From Octopus sinensis (lineage: Eukaryota), in contig NC_043001.1 of assembly GCF_006345805.1 (NCBI RefSeq), positions 127,162,001 to 127,226,000 on the forward strand: 64,000 bases of DNA, read 5' to 3'. Made by a program: the position numbers and the translations under genes. Below, piece after piece: positions 12,606-25,924 of this stretch; within the stretch, counting starts at the first letter, position 1; every line of letters begins with the position of its first letter. The notes beneath the pieces were generated by a model, which saw only the letters and a program-made list of their open reading frames with translations, made no database searches and was not told the DNA's origin.

Positions 12606-12746
12606 CACCTACCTATGTATATATCTATCGGATCAATCTCTTTTTTTTCTCTTTCACCTTTCTTAACAAAACCAGTGCATTTTCCCTCTAGTATGTACGA
12701 AGATGAAAAACCATTCAACAAAGACATTTAACATGTAACTTGACGT

Positions 12747-12819
<73 letters not shown>

Positions 12820-13834
12820 GTGTGTGTGTGTGTGCTTGTGTGTGTATGTGTGTGTGTGTAAGCTTTTTAATTATGAAATGTCACACGCAATTGTATGCAT
12901 ATGCAAATCTGAATTTTTGAAAATTCTATATCACTGGACTCATTGTTGGTCGTCTAGAAAAAAATTCAATTTTCGAAGCAATTTTTGAGCTAGTTACTAA
13001 CTACGTCAGAGAACTATGACGGCCTTGTACTAAGGCAAAACTAAAAAACGTGTATGTCTTTCATTGGATATTTAAAGCATAATAGGAAATTTGTAAAAGA
13101 AAAATATTAAATAAAATTTAAATATTGCATGAAGTTTCATCAATTTTACTATCCTTCAAAACCTTACGTTTGTGGCTGTGAGCGAATGCTCAAGAATTTT
13201 CGTATGCATACTTATACACACTCTCACACATATTAGGTATCATCTTTACGCGGTTTCCTTATTATAATTTCATTTGATGATATAGCGAGACTCCTGCTGA
13301 GTATTGAAAGATCGCTCTCAGATTTTCCCCACTCAAGACTACTTTCTACCGTACTGCCACAATAGTTAATGTGTTTCCATAAAAGGTAATATGGCTCAAC
13401 AACTGAGCATTGGCTATCTAGTTATGATTGATGTAATCAACTTCAAATTATGTGTGCAAGTTTTTCTGCCATATAGCTTGGTCGACGGTTCTGGAAATTT
13501 TAGCTTACGATTATAAAATATATTCTTCCACCTGAAACTGCAATTAAGACCATGAAATGCAGGTTATGATTCAGAGATATACTTCTTATTAGAAAATCTA
13601 AAATATATTTAACATTGTTAATTCTGATTTCAAAATTTTTACCATGAAACGTAAACAGACGTAAATATATCTTCATATACTCTTCAGTACAGAGAAAAAT
13701 AAATCAATCTCCGATTGTGTTAAGGTAATACCTAGATATATTTACATGTTTACGCTTCACAACGAATGTTTTAAAAAAAAACTGTATCTTCAACTACATT
13801 TAATTTATTAATAGAAGCCATGCACATTTTATTC

Positions 13835-14030
13835 TTCCCTTTTACATGTTTCAGTCACTGGACTGCGCCCATGCTGAGGAATTACCTTGAAGAATTGTTA
13901 GTTGATCAAATCGACACTATTATTTTGAGTCCGGTGCTTATTTTATCGGTCACTTTTTGATTGACCCATTAACTTACGGGGACGTAAACAAACCACCACA
14001 TGTCAAGCGGAGAGCGGAAAACACAAACAT
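13835..14030 (-). mobile_element. Degenerate SINE-B 3' half
   Basis: tttcagtcactggactgcgcccatgctg...cggggacgtaaacaaacca. Confidence 0.6.
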
Positions 14031-14124
14031 GCACACATGCAAACATACATATTCGTGTGTGTGTCCGTGTGTCCTTATGCATACATATATATATATATAT
14101 ATACACATACATACATATGATATG

Positions 14125-14211
<87 letters not shown>

Positions 14212-14597
14212 ATATATATATATATATATACACACATATATATATGTGCGTGTGTGCCTAGACACAAACATACATATGAGTGTACGAGTATGTTTTCGTC
14301 TGTGTGCGTATGTATGTGCATACACATATTCGCTACATGTATACACATATAAGACTTACAAGATATCCACCTCATGTAAGATACAGTCAAACTGTCGCCA
14401 GAAGGGAGGGGACTAGATCACATGATAGCTTACAAATTGTTGTTGCTGTATAGAAAAAGGGAATCGCAAAAGAATAAGACTGCTAGTCAGCTAAGGGCCT
14501 ACGTCCGCAGGACGTGTCGACATGCTGGAGGCGGTTTGTTTGTAAGGGTACATGAAATGCTTATTGTGACATTACTGAACAGGTAAACTGAGCTCAT

Positions 14598-14910
14598 AAT
14601 GGTGGTGGTGGTGATGATGATGATGATGATGTTGATGATGATAATGAGGAGGAAGGGGATCGTGTTGGCGTTCATGGAGTGGTGATGGTGACGATTGTGT
14701 CGGTGGTGGTGGTGGTGGATTTTCGTGATCATAGTGGTAGCTGTGATGGTAGTGGTAGTGGCAGTGGCAGTTGTGATGGTATTGATGATGGTCATAATAT
14801 GGTGATGAAGATAGTCGGGGCTTTCGTGGGGATGTTGATGGTAGTGGTGGTGGTGGTGTGGTTGCGGTTTTAGTGATGGTGGTTGGAGTGGTGGTAGTGG
14901 TGGTGGTTGT
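14598..14910. repeat. Degenerate (GGT/GAT)n tract
   Basis: Direct reading. Confidence 0.85.
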
Positions 14911-15102
14911 CGTCTCAGGTTTCGTCTGACCCAGGGAAATGGCAATTGTCTGGGTCCCAGTTATGGGTTAACTACCTTGTAATAGAATTGCCTCCGGAAG
15001 GTCACTCACAGACACCTAAACGGACCCAGAGCAGATGAAGCTCTGCAGTTCTTTACTTGCCCCTTTAAGAGAAGGAGCTCCTGGCACTTGTTATACCAGA
15101 CC

Positions 15103-15487
15103 GGAGGCGCAATGGCCCAGTGGTTAGGGCAGCGGACTCGCGGTCGTAGGATCGCGGTTTCGATTCCCAGACCGGGCGTTGTGAGTGTTTATTGAGCGAA
15201 AACACCTAAAGCTCCACGAGGCTCCGGCAGGGGATGGTGGCGATCCCTGCTGTACTCTTTCACCACAACTTTCTCTCACTCTTACTTCCTGTTTCTGTTG
15301 TACCTGTATTTCAAAGGGCCGGCCTTGTCACTCTCTGTGTCACGCTGAATATCCCCCGAGAACTACGTTAAGGGTACACGTGTCTGTGGAGTGCTCGGCC
15401 ACTTACACGTTAATTTCACGAGCAGGCTGTTCCGTTGATTCGGATCAACCGGAACCCTCGTCGTCGTAACCGACGGAGTGCTTCCAA
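15103..15487 (+). mobile_element. tRNA-derived SINE family A
   Basis: Full copy; TSD ACCAGACC(G). Confidence 0.9.
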
Positions 15488-15956
15488 ACCAGACCGATAC
15501 AAGTTTGAAGGACGTAAGAGTGGGACTGACTCTGTACAGACTATGCCCATTAAAATAATACAGGTATACATAATTTGCAGACATGTATGTTTATATTGTG
15601 ATTTTAGCATAGGCAGTTTTTAAGGTATCAATTACTAGAACGGAAAATGCCATATTTTTTGTCACAGATTGAGGAAGAATTTCTATTTAGCTTGACTTCT
15701 TTTTAAAGAGCTCCTTCTAACGGCTTAACTAAGAATGGTATTATATTCCATTACAGTATTCGGATTTTAGAATGTGAAAATATTCCCAATGCATTGTACA
15801 TTGTCTAAGAATGTTCTCATACATTTGCTATCAAGGAACTGAATGATTTTCTGTTGCATATGTTACTATGCCTTTTCGTGGCAAAGTCAATGATTCTCTG
15901 AGCAGCTCTAACAAGGCTGTAACATTCCAAAGTTGTTACTGCAGTGATATGAGAAG

Positions 15957-16185
15957 GCGGCGAGCTGGCAGAAACGTTAGCAAACCGGGCGAAATGCGTA
16001 GCCGTATTTCGTCTGCCGCTACGTTCTGAGTTCAAATTCCGCCGAGGTCGACTTTGCCTTTCATCCTTTCGGGGTCGATAAATTAAGTACCAGTTACGCA
16101 CTGGGGTCGATATAATCGACTTAATCCGTTTGTCTGCCCTTGTTCTTCCCTCTATGTTTAGCCCCTTGTGGGTAGTAAAGAAATA
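15957..16185 (+). mobile_element. SINE family C
   Basis: Full copy; 11-bp TSD GATATGAGAAG. Confidence 0.9.
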
Positions 16186-16791
16186 GATATGAGAAGACTT
16201 AGCTTCACAGCTGCATTACCAACATTTTATTTTTCATTAATTTTAATTGATTATAATTTCATGGTTGTCTCCTCTGCATTTCTTGATCAGAATTGATCAT
16301 TAAGTTAATTATTGTCTCTCCTCACTACAGTATGTAAAGTTATAAATTGTTACAATATAATCTATATATTGATAGGAGAAACGTATATGTTTGTTTAAAC
16401 AATGCTATTTAAAAGTGTTTGGGAAGTTTTGTAGAGTGGGTATAGAATGTGTTTTGATACGATAAAAAGCATAGGTGTTAAATGAAAAATACTGTGTTCT
16501 AGTAATTTATGCATATATGTTTAGTAGAGAAGATATAGAACTGTTTAGTAAAGAAAATTATGTGTTTAATGGACTTTGTTTTCTTTTAATAAGACTGGCA
16601 TAAGTGGTTGGTTGGGAAAACAAGTTGTTTCGAGGAAATAAGTATGTATTGCCAAAGTAGAGATATGCGTTTCGGAGAGAAAATAGGGATGCTCGGTAGG
16701 CAATACTTTGCTTTGATAAGATAGGCATGTTTCTTTAAGGGAGAAAAGATAGGTATTTAGTGGATAGTATTATATTTTAAGACATACATAC

Positions 16792-16968
16792 GTGTTTAGA
16801 GGAAAAGACATATTGAAGTACGTGATGTTTATGAGCTGCAAATGACCAAGAATCTACTACATAGTTTGAGATGACTACGTATATCATCTTGCCGTTATCA
16901 CTGACGTAAGGGAGATGGCCTGGATGAAATGGTATCAAGTCATTATCGTTGAACCATGAAATTTTCGC
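16792..16968 (-). CDS. LBP/BPI: LBP/BPI exon f (177 nt, phase 0/0): AKISWFNDNDLIPFHPGHLPYVSDNGKMIYVVISNYVVDSWSFAAHKHHVLQYVFSSKH
   Basis: Acceptor cttctttcctatttttcag, donor gtatgt; only one frame is open. PFxP...KMIYVVISNY matches BPI PFAP...RMVYLGLSDY; 177 nt like human exon 8 (recalled). Confidence 0.9.
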
Positions 16969-17076
16969 CTGAAAAATAGGAAAGAAGTAATATGATCGAA
17001 AAAGTAAATAGATACAGTAGATATAATAGAACAAATGTATATCATGATGATAGGTGTAACCATGGCTTCTTAGAAA

Positions 17077-17077
17077 G

Positions 17078-17124
<47 letters not shown>

Positions 17125-17136
17125 CAGAAGACAGAC

Positions 17137-17201
<65 letters not shown>

Positions 17202-17256
17202 CATACATACATACATACATACATACATACATACACAGATAGATAGATACATAGAC

Positions 17257-17331
<75 letters not shown>

Positions 17332-17422
17332 GATAGATAGATAGATAGATAGATACATACATACATACATACATACATACATACACAGATAGATAGATAC
17401 ATAGACAGATAAATAGATAGAT
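17077..17422. repeat. Compound (GATA)n/(GACA)n/(TACA)n tract at the Tx1 3' junction
   Basis: Direct reading; contains an internal duplicated block. Confidence 0.95.
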
Positions 17423-17827
17423 ATGTTACTTTATTAGCCACACAGGGCTGCACACAGATAGAACAAATTACAAGGTAGAGCTTTTCTTTTGAAGGTTTAA
17501 AAAATAAAAAAATAAAAAAAAAATAAAAAAAATAAAATAAAATAAATAAAAAGGGGGGGGTCGATCAAAAGGGATCGTAAAAGGAGAGAAAGAGGACAAA
17601 AAAAGGGGGGGTTAAAAAAAAAGGGGGAGTGGAAAAAAATTGATCAATAGGGATCGTTATCACAGAAATGTCAATATGAAGTGTAAAGGGGAGGACAGGT
17701 GAGGTTTACCCGTGGAAAGAAAAGCCTACGGAAAAGACCACGGTAACCTCGGTCAATGAAGTCACATGTTATATTTTTTTTTTTTTTTTTTTGCAAATAA
17801 GCAACTCTCTGTATTAATTTTTACGGT

Positions 17828-20800
17828 TCATAGAATCATAGTCAAGGTGGCTTCGTCATTCATACGTGCCATCCTTGCTACATTCACCCATCTTTTTTTA
17901 AAACATTCACTAGACAAAACTTGCCTCTCTACTCTCACTTTTTTCTTCAAGTGATACTTGAAGTTGATGAGAGATTTACCAGAGAGGAAAGTGTTTGTCT
18001 CTAATCCTTTCAGACGCGTCCACCAGATACATTCTTTCGCCATAGCCACAAGTATGATAAAAATAGCTCTTCCTTCCCGTTTGAAGGAAGGAGGCGTGAC
18101 GATATTAACGATAGACTCGGCTGATAAACCGACACGTCCCACACGTGACAGCAGTCGTTCGACATAAGCCCACAGGTGGGAAATTGCTGGACACTGCACG
18201 ATTGCGTGCAGAGCGGTTTCGTCGCTCTGCCCGCATCTCGGGCAGGTCGGCCCCGTGTTTCTCGAGCCATGCCTATAGAGCTTATCCCGAACGGGTAGCG
18301 CTTCTCGGTAGCACCGCCAGGCCAGGGATCTCTGGAAGTTGTCCATGGGCCCTGGCCCGAAAGTCGTCCTGAACAGGCGGGTCAGGTACTCCTCGTCGAC
18401 GTCCAGGTTCGCCCCGAGCTCGTCGTCGTACCTCCCCTCCACTAATCCCCTATAGAATGCTTTGGTTGTGTTGAAGTCACTCAAGGTCGACCCGGGACGG
18501 CAGAGTTGCTTGAGAGCAACGCGACACTCGCGGTGCCATTCGCCCTTCTTCGGCCTCTTTTTGATCCACGACTGTAGTTCGGTCATGGAGACGAGTTGCG
18601 GGAATGCGTGCCTCACAAACGGCGACCACACTGTTCACCGTCGTCTACATAGAGCCGGAGATGTCGCAGTCTCAGCGCGTGTCTGCGCATCATCAACCAC
18701 GGCATGCCCAGCCCTCCTTTTAACGGGTGTTGACAGCAAATGGATCGCCTGACCATCGGGACGCATCCTTTCCACAAGAAGCGGAAGAGGATGCGTTCTA
18801 GTTTGGTGATGGTAGGGTCGGGACAAGGTACGACGGTCAGGGGTAGTAGATGATGGACGCGATGTACGCGTTCACCACCTCCGCCCGACCTTTTAGGGAC
18901 AGTTTCCTCTCGGCCCATTGCTGGGCGAGAGTGACCACCCTACTCGTTATCTCGTTCCAGTTCTTCTCCATTTGGAGGTCCGGACCGAACCAGACCCCGA
19001 GCAACTCAACCGGGCCGTCTGTCCAGCGTCCCACGACGGAGAGGTACTGGTGGACGGCATGGGCTTGCTTCTCCAGGTGCCGAGCCGCAAGCCCACTGAC
19101 TTTTCCCGGTTGATTTTTGCTCCTGTCACCGCTTCGTAGTCTTTCAGTGTCTCGCCGACCCGCTCGATGTGCTCGTGGCTTGACACTATGACGGTGACGT
19201 CGTCCGCGTATGCAGACACGCTCGTCCCGCATCCTAATTCTCGCGGGATGCCCCTCAGAGTCGCCAGCTTCCGCAGTAGTGGCTCAAGAGTCAATACGTA
19301 TAGAAGCGCCGAGAGGGGGCATCCCTGACGGACCGAACGTGCAATGTCGAAGGGTCTCGATAGATGTCCATTTACGCGAATTACCGAACGGATGCCTCTG
19401 TACAAGGCAGCTATCCAGCCGCGGAAGACGGGACCGAAACCAGCCGCTCTCAGGACTGCCTCCAAGTATCGATGGTCTACCCTATCAAAGGCTTTCGATT
19501 GATCCAAGTTGATCAGGGCCCCACCCATGCCAGGTTCGTTAACTACCCTGTCTATGATGTAGCGCATCAGATGGAGGTTGTCATGGATGCTCCGGCCCGG
19601 CACGGCGCACGTTTGTGCGTTGTCGACCAGTTTCTCCATGACAAGCGCCAACCTCTTGGCTAACACCTTTGTCAAAATTTTCAGGTCTGCATTGAGCAGA
19701 GTGATTGGCCTAAAGTTATCTATAATGTTTCCCTTGTTTGGATCTTTCTTCAGCAGAGTTACAGCTCCTCGACTCACAAAACCGGGTATGCTCCCGTTTT
19801 GCTGCCAGTTGCAGTATACCGCTGCCAAGACGTCTCCAAACAAGTCTGGCATACAATAGTAAAATTCGTAGGGTAGACCATCCAAACCCGGTGATTTGTC
19901 CCTCGAGCATTCTGCCATCGCTTCCCGCACTTCCGCCGCCGTGATGGCACCTTCGCAGCACCCTGCCTTTCTTGTCGAGAGTCGTGGCAGGCTATGTAGG
20001 TAGGCACTGAAGTCTACCCTACGTTCTTGCCCTCCACTCGTCCCGAACAGTCGGGCAAAATGCTGCTGAAAGGCCTCACACATTTTACTTGGCTCGAGCA
20101 ATTCGCGCCCCTGTTCATCTACCAGTGACCGAATGGTGGCTTTGTTGCCCTGTTGCGCCTCTGCCACCCGGGCCTCTCTCGCGGCTCCAACACCTTCGTT
20201 CCTTAGAGCACGCATCCTAGCTCTGACAGCACATCCTTCGTGTTTGGCGTTGAAGTGTTGGTCGAGGGCCAACCTCGCCGCCAAAACGTCGGATGCGATG
20301 CCGCTTCTAATTGCCTCTTCTAGCTTCTTAACTAGCTCACCCTCTACTCTATTTCTATCTATGGCTAGTGCTTTGCTGTACCTAATCGCTTCTGCTTTTA
20401 CTGCTCTCTTGAGGGCAAACCACCATTTGTTGTGATGATGATGGCTCCCGTCAAAGCCCTCTTTACTAGTGTGCTAATCCGGTCTCTGAAAACTTGTCTG
20501 GACGGGAATGATGCGTTCAGTTTCCAGTACCCAGGACCCTGTCTATGTGCCTTATCTAAGTCTAGCGTACACGTCACCAATTTGTGATCCGTGTAGCTGA
20601 CTGTGTGGAATTGTGGACATCCTAAGTTATCCTTGTCTACTGTCCTACACAGTATCCTATCTAGATACGATCTCGACGACCCACTGCGGTTGCTCCATGT
20701 CCACGTTGGTGCATTTGGGTGGTCGAGTCGGTACCTGTCAGACAGTTGGAATCGTCTGAGCAGGTCTCTGAGGCATTTGCATCCCCTTCTGTTTCTGTCT

Positions 20801-21264
20801 CTACCCACGTAGTCTACATGCGTGTCCAAGGTAGCATTCCAATCCCCCACTAAGAGTAAAGGACGAGACGTTCCCAAGAATACTTCTAGACGTCGAAAGA
20901 AATCCGCCCGACCTGTTAAGGGCGGTGCGTAGACTGATACGAGTCGAAAAGCGCACCCATTGCTGCCGTCAACATCCAGAACGATCAGTCTACCCTCCGG
21001 GTCTACGAATATCGTCTTGACTTCGAGATCCAGGCTCTTGTGAAAAAGTACCGCGGTGCCACTACCGCCCATCCTCGGCAGACAGGGAGCGAAATAAATG
21101 TTAAACTGTCCGCCAAACATGGACTTTAGGGCCCGTGGCTCGTGGAGTCTGGTCTCACTTATGGCTATGATTCCCAAATCATGTGACTTGATGTCATTTA
21201 GGAGGTATCCTTGTTTCCAAGGAGACCCCAAGCCACGCGCATTCACACAACCAATCTTGACCAT
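17828..21264 (-). pseudogene. Tx1-like ORF2 (APE endonuclease + reverse transcriptase + zinc finger), ~4 frameshifts
   Basis: EN motifs NARGL, ISET, LLVGDWN, YLDRI, TDHKLV. RT motifs DQSKAFDRVDH, QGCPLS, YADD. C-terminal CPRC-x8-H-x4-C. Frame changes near 20430, 19050, 18840 and 18630. Confidence 0.9.
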
Positions 21265-21299
21265 GATTCTATTGGGGTGTGTGCTTTTAAAACACACAA

Positions 21300-22950
21300 A
21301 TGAAAGTACAGAGAGTTACTTACTTGTGTCGAAAGTTTTGGCTTCCTCGTTCTTTGATGTGTCTTCGAGGAGGTTTCTATATAGTTTTGGGGACAGATAT
21401 TTCTGGGAACCCCCTACAGCATTTGGAAGAGGGCTTTGAGTTTGTGGTGTTTGTGTTTGTGTGATGTGTAGTATTTTGATGTGTTTGGGTGGTGTAGTGC
21501 GTGGATGATTGCTATTTTTAAAGACATCTTCACAAATGTTTTGTATCCTGTGATGTACTCCATTAGTTTGGAGTCTTTTGTGTCTATCGCTGATAGCATT
21601 GTTTTTGTGGTGTTGGTGCTTGTTTGTTTGTGTGTATGGAGTTTTCAGGGTTCAGGTATCTCCCTGCTTTGGTTGCGATTTCTTGTTTGGTTTTTCTTGA
21701 TCTTTTTCTTTTACCCCCTGTGGCTATTTGCCATTCTGTCGAACTTTCATCGTTAGATGAAAAGTCTGACGAATCAGCAGGGGGCAAGGGTAAAGCGTGG
21801 GTGTGTTTGTGCGGTTGTAGATATTGTTGTGGTGCGAGGGGGGGGAGGGTGTTGCGGGGGGTTTGTTGTGGTTATTGTCTCTCCTACATCCTTGGTGCTT
21901 GTCTTCTTCGTTGTTATTCTTGGTGTTGGAATTGGTTTATTTGTTGTTGGTGGTGATGATTCTGTTCTTGGCGCTGGTGTTGGTGTTGTTTGTTGGGTGG
22001 CTTGTTCTTTGTTGTTTTTCCTGCATTTCCGCATACAGCTTCTTGACTAGCTGTCCATATTGTGGTGTGGGCAATAATCCTGGCTTTTGTGATTTTTCCT
22101 GTGGCTGTTGTTGTTGTTGTAATTTTGCGGCAGATTTGCACTCCTTTTTGAGGTGTGCCTCACTGCCACATGTATAGCATCGTGGCCTTCTGCCCTCGAC
22201 TACTACGTATAACTTGCGGCCATCCTCAAGATGTACGTGGGTGGGGATTTTATTTATGTCCTCTTGACTTATGTGGAAGAGGAACTCTATTCTCTTTCCC
22301 AGCCAGTCCTTGTTTTCCGAAACACCGATATCTAGGATGTTAAGTCCTCCATTTCGGATGTTAAGGCGAATGTAATCCACAGTGTTGTAGTCACTGGGGG
22401 ACACCACTGATAATGACTTTCGTCACCTTCTGGCCGAGGTAACTCGGTGTCAACGTTAGTTCATCAGAATGAAGGGTTATCGTTGAGAATTTCTTCGCCA
22501 ACTCTTCATTCTGAAAAACCACCTGTACGTGTGCGAACTTGTTCGCCCAAGTCACACAATCCTTGTATCCCAGATGGGGCGTAAGCACTTTTCGACTTTG
22601 TCTGTGCTTGCCTTTTCTGGACTTTTTGTTTTTTTATTTGTGATTTTATATACAATTGTCTTTTTTTTCTCCTCATTCAGTATGTGCTGAGGTATGTGTA
22701 AGAGTATTTTTCCGTTTTGATTTGTAATAAGGTTTCTGCAATCTGTTGTGTAGTAAACGAAACTTTTGTTACCTTTTCTTTTATCGCCTCGGCGAAGTTT
22801 GTTGTTGTTTTGTTATTGTTGTTACTGCCGGTGGTGTTGGTGTTGATGGCAGGGGTGTGGGTTGTAGGTTTGTGGTTGCTGATTATGCAACTAGCAAGGG
22901 GTGGAAAATTGCCTGCGTAATTTAGTCCTGCATTAGCGCAAATTTCGGCA
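21300..22950 (-). pseudogene. Tx1-like ORF1 (RRM-like region + CCHC zinc knuckle + Thr/Pro-rich tail), disrupted
   Basis: KFAHVQVVF...PSYLGQKVTKVII and VVVEGRRPRCYTCGSEAHLKKEC (CX2CX4HX4C); split over several frames; boundaries approximate. Confidence 0.75.
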
Positions 22951-23017
22951 TTTCGTTTGCTTGTCGTCGTTATTTTTTCACTTGTTGGTGATGGAGTGAG
23001 CAGTGGTTGAAGGGAAT

Positions 23018-23052
<35 letters not shown>

Positions 23053-23124
23053 GTAGATAGATAGATAGATAGATAGATAGGTAGATAGATAGATAGATAG
23101 ATAGGTAGATAGATAGATAGATAG

Positions 23125-23193
<69 letters not shown>
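23018..23193. repeat. (GATA)n at the Tx1 5' junction
   Basis: Direct reading. Confidence 0.95.
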
Positions 23194-23505
23194 TTTTAGC
23201 ATTGGTACAAAGTTACAAAATCACTAATATGTAAGGAGTCTATAATCGATAAAATTAACCTGGGATTTGACTGATATATAGCTTATAGACCCTAGAAGGA
23301 TGAAAATCAAAGTCGACGTCTATAAGTTATGAACTCAGAACGTACAGTAATGAAATGAAATATTCTAGGCATTGTTTTCATTGATCTGTCAGTTCTGCCA
23401 ACCATTACCCAAGATGTATTATTGATTGTTACACAGACATACAACTTCAAATTTTGACGGAAGATAAAAAAGAGTTGCTTTTATCATGTCTAGTACTTGT
23501 CATGA

Positions 23506-23855
23506 AGGCGCATGGTTCAGTGGTTAGAGCGTCGAGCTTACGATCGTGAGGTTGTGAGCTCGAATCCCGGACCGGGCTGCGTGTTGTGTTCTTGAGCAAG
23601 ACACTTTATTTCACGTTGCTCCAGTTCACTCAGCAGTAGAAATGAGTTGCGACGTCACAGGTGCCAAGCTGTATCGGCCCCTTTGCTTTTCCCTTGGACA
23701 ACATCGGTGACGTGGAGAGGGGAGGCCGGTATGCATGGGCGACTGCTGGTCTTCCATAAAAAAAAACAACCTTGCCCAGACTTGTGCCTCAGATGGTAAC
23801 TCTCTAGGTGCAAACCCATGGTCAGTGTCTGACCGAAGGGGGTCACCACATCACC
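23506..23855 (+). mobile_element. tRNA-derived SINE family D (CORE-like middle)
   Basis: A/B boxes, ttgagcaagacactttatttcacgttgctccagttcactcagc; 11-bp TSD ACTTGTCATGA. Confidence 0.8.
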
Positions 23856-24698
23856 ACTTGTCATGACATGTTTTATCAACCACGGAAGGATGAAAAACGC
23901 TGTCGACACCAACAGGATTTGATCGCAGAATGTAAAGACAATTAAATACTTACGGTAATGCATTTTGCTCCTCGCTCTAACGATGTTCGAATTCGCTCCC
24001 ACTAAAGCATAGGTATTTGATTCTAACAGTAACACAAGGATTGACATTTGGTAACGCGGCACATGTCGACTATATTAAGCCCAGTATTAGACAAGTATAA
24101 GACAAGGTGAAGGTTGTCCTTGGCGATATTTGAACTCAGAATGCAAAGAACCGGAAAAAATGTCGCATAGCATTAGTCTGAAAGCTTTAGCGATTCTGCC
24201 AGCTTGCCTTTCTTAAGCGTACTAAATGTTACCAACGTGTATGTAAGCTTTTTAGTTTTGTATGTAAACATACAGCTTTTCACAAATATTCAGGTATTTG
24301 CGTTTACATAAAATTTTGTGTCTTCAAATATATCCACCACCACCACAAAAAAAAAACTGGAATATTTTACTGGATTCTGTATCTCCTTAGCAAGTTCTCT
24401 ACAATTGTTGTGATGTTTATTTAAAGAAGTAGGCACTTGGTAACCAAACTCATTCAAAAGCATAAGAAAATATTTAAACATCTTTTTATTATGATACAAG
24501 CTCGTGAAATATTTTGGTCACTGCCAAACGCAAAATGTAGCCAAGGAAATTTTAAAATATGACATCAATTGTGAATGAAATTTATACCGGTTTGGTGAGA
24601 GATCATCTTTGCCTTTACTTCTCATATCACCAAGTAATTAGACACCGAATTGTTTGAGACTAATTTTAGCCTTGGCTGTGAATAACAAATCGACTTAC

Positions 24699-24790
24699 CT
24701 TATGTTCCAATTGCATGTACAATGTCGTCAAGAGTGGGTCATTAACCAATCTATAATCTAATATGAAATCATATCCGATTGGTACCTGCA
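24699..24790 (-). CDS. LBP/BPI: LBP/BPI exon e (92 nt, phase 1/0): QVPIGYDFILDYRLVNDPLLTTLYMQLEHK
   Basis: Acceptor ttttttgtttgtttcag, donor gtaagt. DYxLVxxP motif; 92 nt like human exon 7 (recalled). Confidence 0.9.
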
Positions 24791-24864
24791 CTGAAACAAA
24801 CAAAAAAGGGATCGAATCATCTATAGCCACTCTAAGTCGGAACGCCACCATATTTTATATTCTA

Positions 24865-25259
24865 TCTTTATATATAAAAGTGAAGTTGTGTGAGTGTCTG
24901 TCTCCTACGATTTAGATTCCTAACTACTCCCACATTTTGCGGTGCAGTTTAACCAAAACCGGGTATCTTATAGTCGTGATTCATATCGAGCCCTTCTGGG
25001 TATTAGCGCGCGTCTACGATGAGTCTACGATTAAAAAAAAAATTACCATCAATTTTTTCCATTTTTAATGCATTTTTGGCATATATAAGGGAAGTAATTC
25101 TCTAAAAAATTATTATTAAATCTCAGAACGTAAAAAGCTATAGTAACACCCCCCTTTGTGGTTAGCCATATTGAGATGGCTATTATACTTTACATCTCTA
25201 AAAATGCTTATATAGTTATTTCCCTTACAAACCCGAGCAACGCCGGGCGATATTGCTAG
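24865..25259 (+). mobile_element. Non-autonomous Helitron
   Basis: 5' TC(tttatatataaaagtgaagttgt), subterminal hairpin cccgagcaacgccggg, 3' CTAG followed by T. Confidence 0.75.
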
Positions 25260-25924
25260 TACATTATAAAAGATAAAAGCCTACATCGAATTAAACTGGA
25301 AGCCGAAGAGACAAAACTAAATACTATCAAGCGTTTAATTTTTGTTCTAATGTCATTGCAACTCTTCATTGGAGAAGCAAATTCGAAACACTAGCGTAGT
25401 TGTGTTACTTGTTTTATAGACTCCAAGAATATAAATCTAAATCGATATTTATGACATTTTAACTCGAAACTGAAGAAACGAAACTAAAAAAATCCAAGTA
25501 TTTAATTTTCGCTCTCATGAACATTGCAACTAAATTGCTTTAAGAGCTAAACATCGTATATTCAAAACGCGCACCAATGATGGGGGTGCGAGCTGAGAAT
25601 ATTTCAGTTGGTACTCAGATACTCAGCTGGAGCAATACACCTTATTTAAACACTAACAATTCAGCAAAGCACATGATCGTCGTGGAATTAATTTACTGAA
25701 TGTTCGTTCGGCCAACAGAATTATCTACCCAATGAATTATAATATAAGCACCCGTGTATTCCGCAGACCTTAATGTAATCATTGGTTGAACCAGCGGGAT
25801 AAATTTATGACCATGCTAACCCTTCAACTTGCAGATTCTGTCTACCCTTTAGTTAGGCAAGGCAGGTGTGCCCATTTATTGTTTTTTCAGCTACAGAAAA
25901 GAAGTTATCTGTAACCTTTTTTTT

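Larger units (their letters stand above)
17423..23017 (-). mobile_element. Near-full-length Tx1-clade (L1-like) non-LTR retrotransposon embedded in (GATA)n
   Basis: ORF1 with a CCHC knuckle; ORF2 with APE endonuclease, RT and C-terminal CCHC; ~400-nt 3' UTR ending AATAAAGTAACAT. GATA tracts abut both ends. Confidence 0.9.

Noticed and set aside
25690-25900. Weak resemblance to dCTP deaminase, or a further exon
   Set aside because: No stop-free frame spans the segment between plausible splice sites; the similarity is not convincing.
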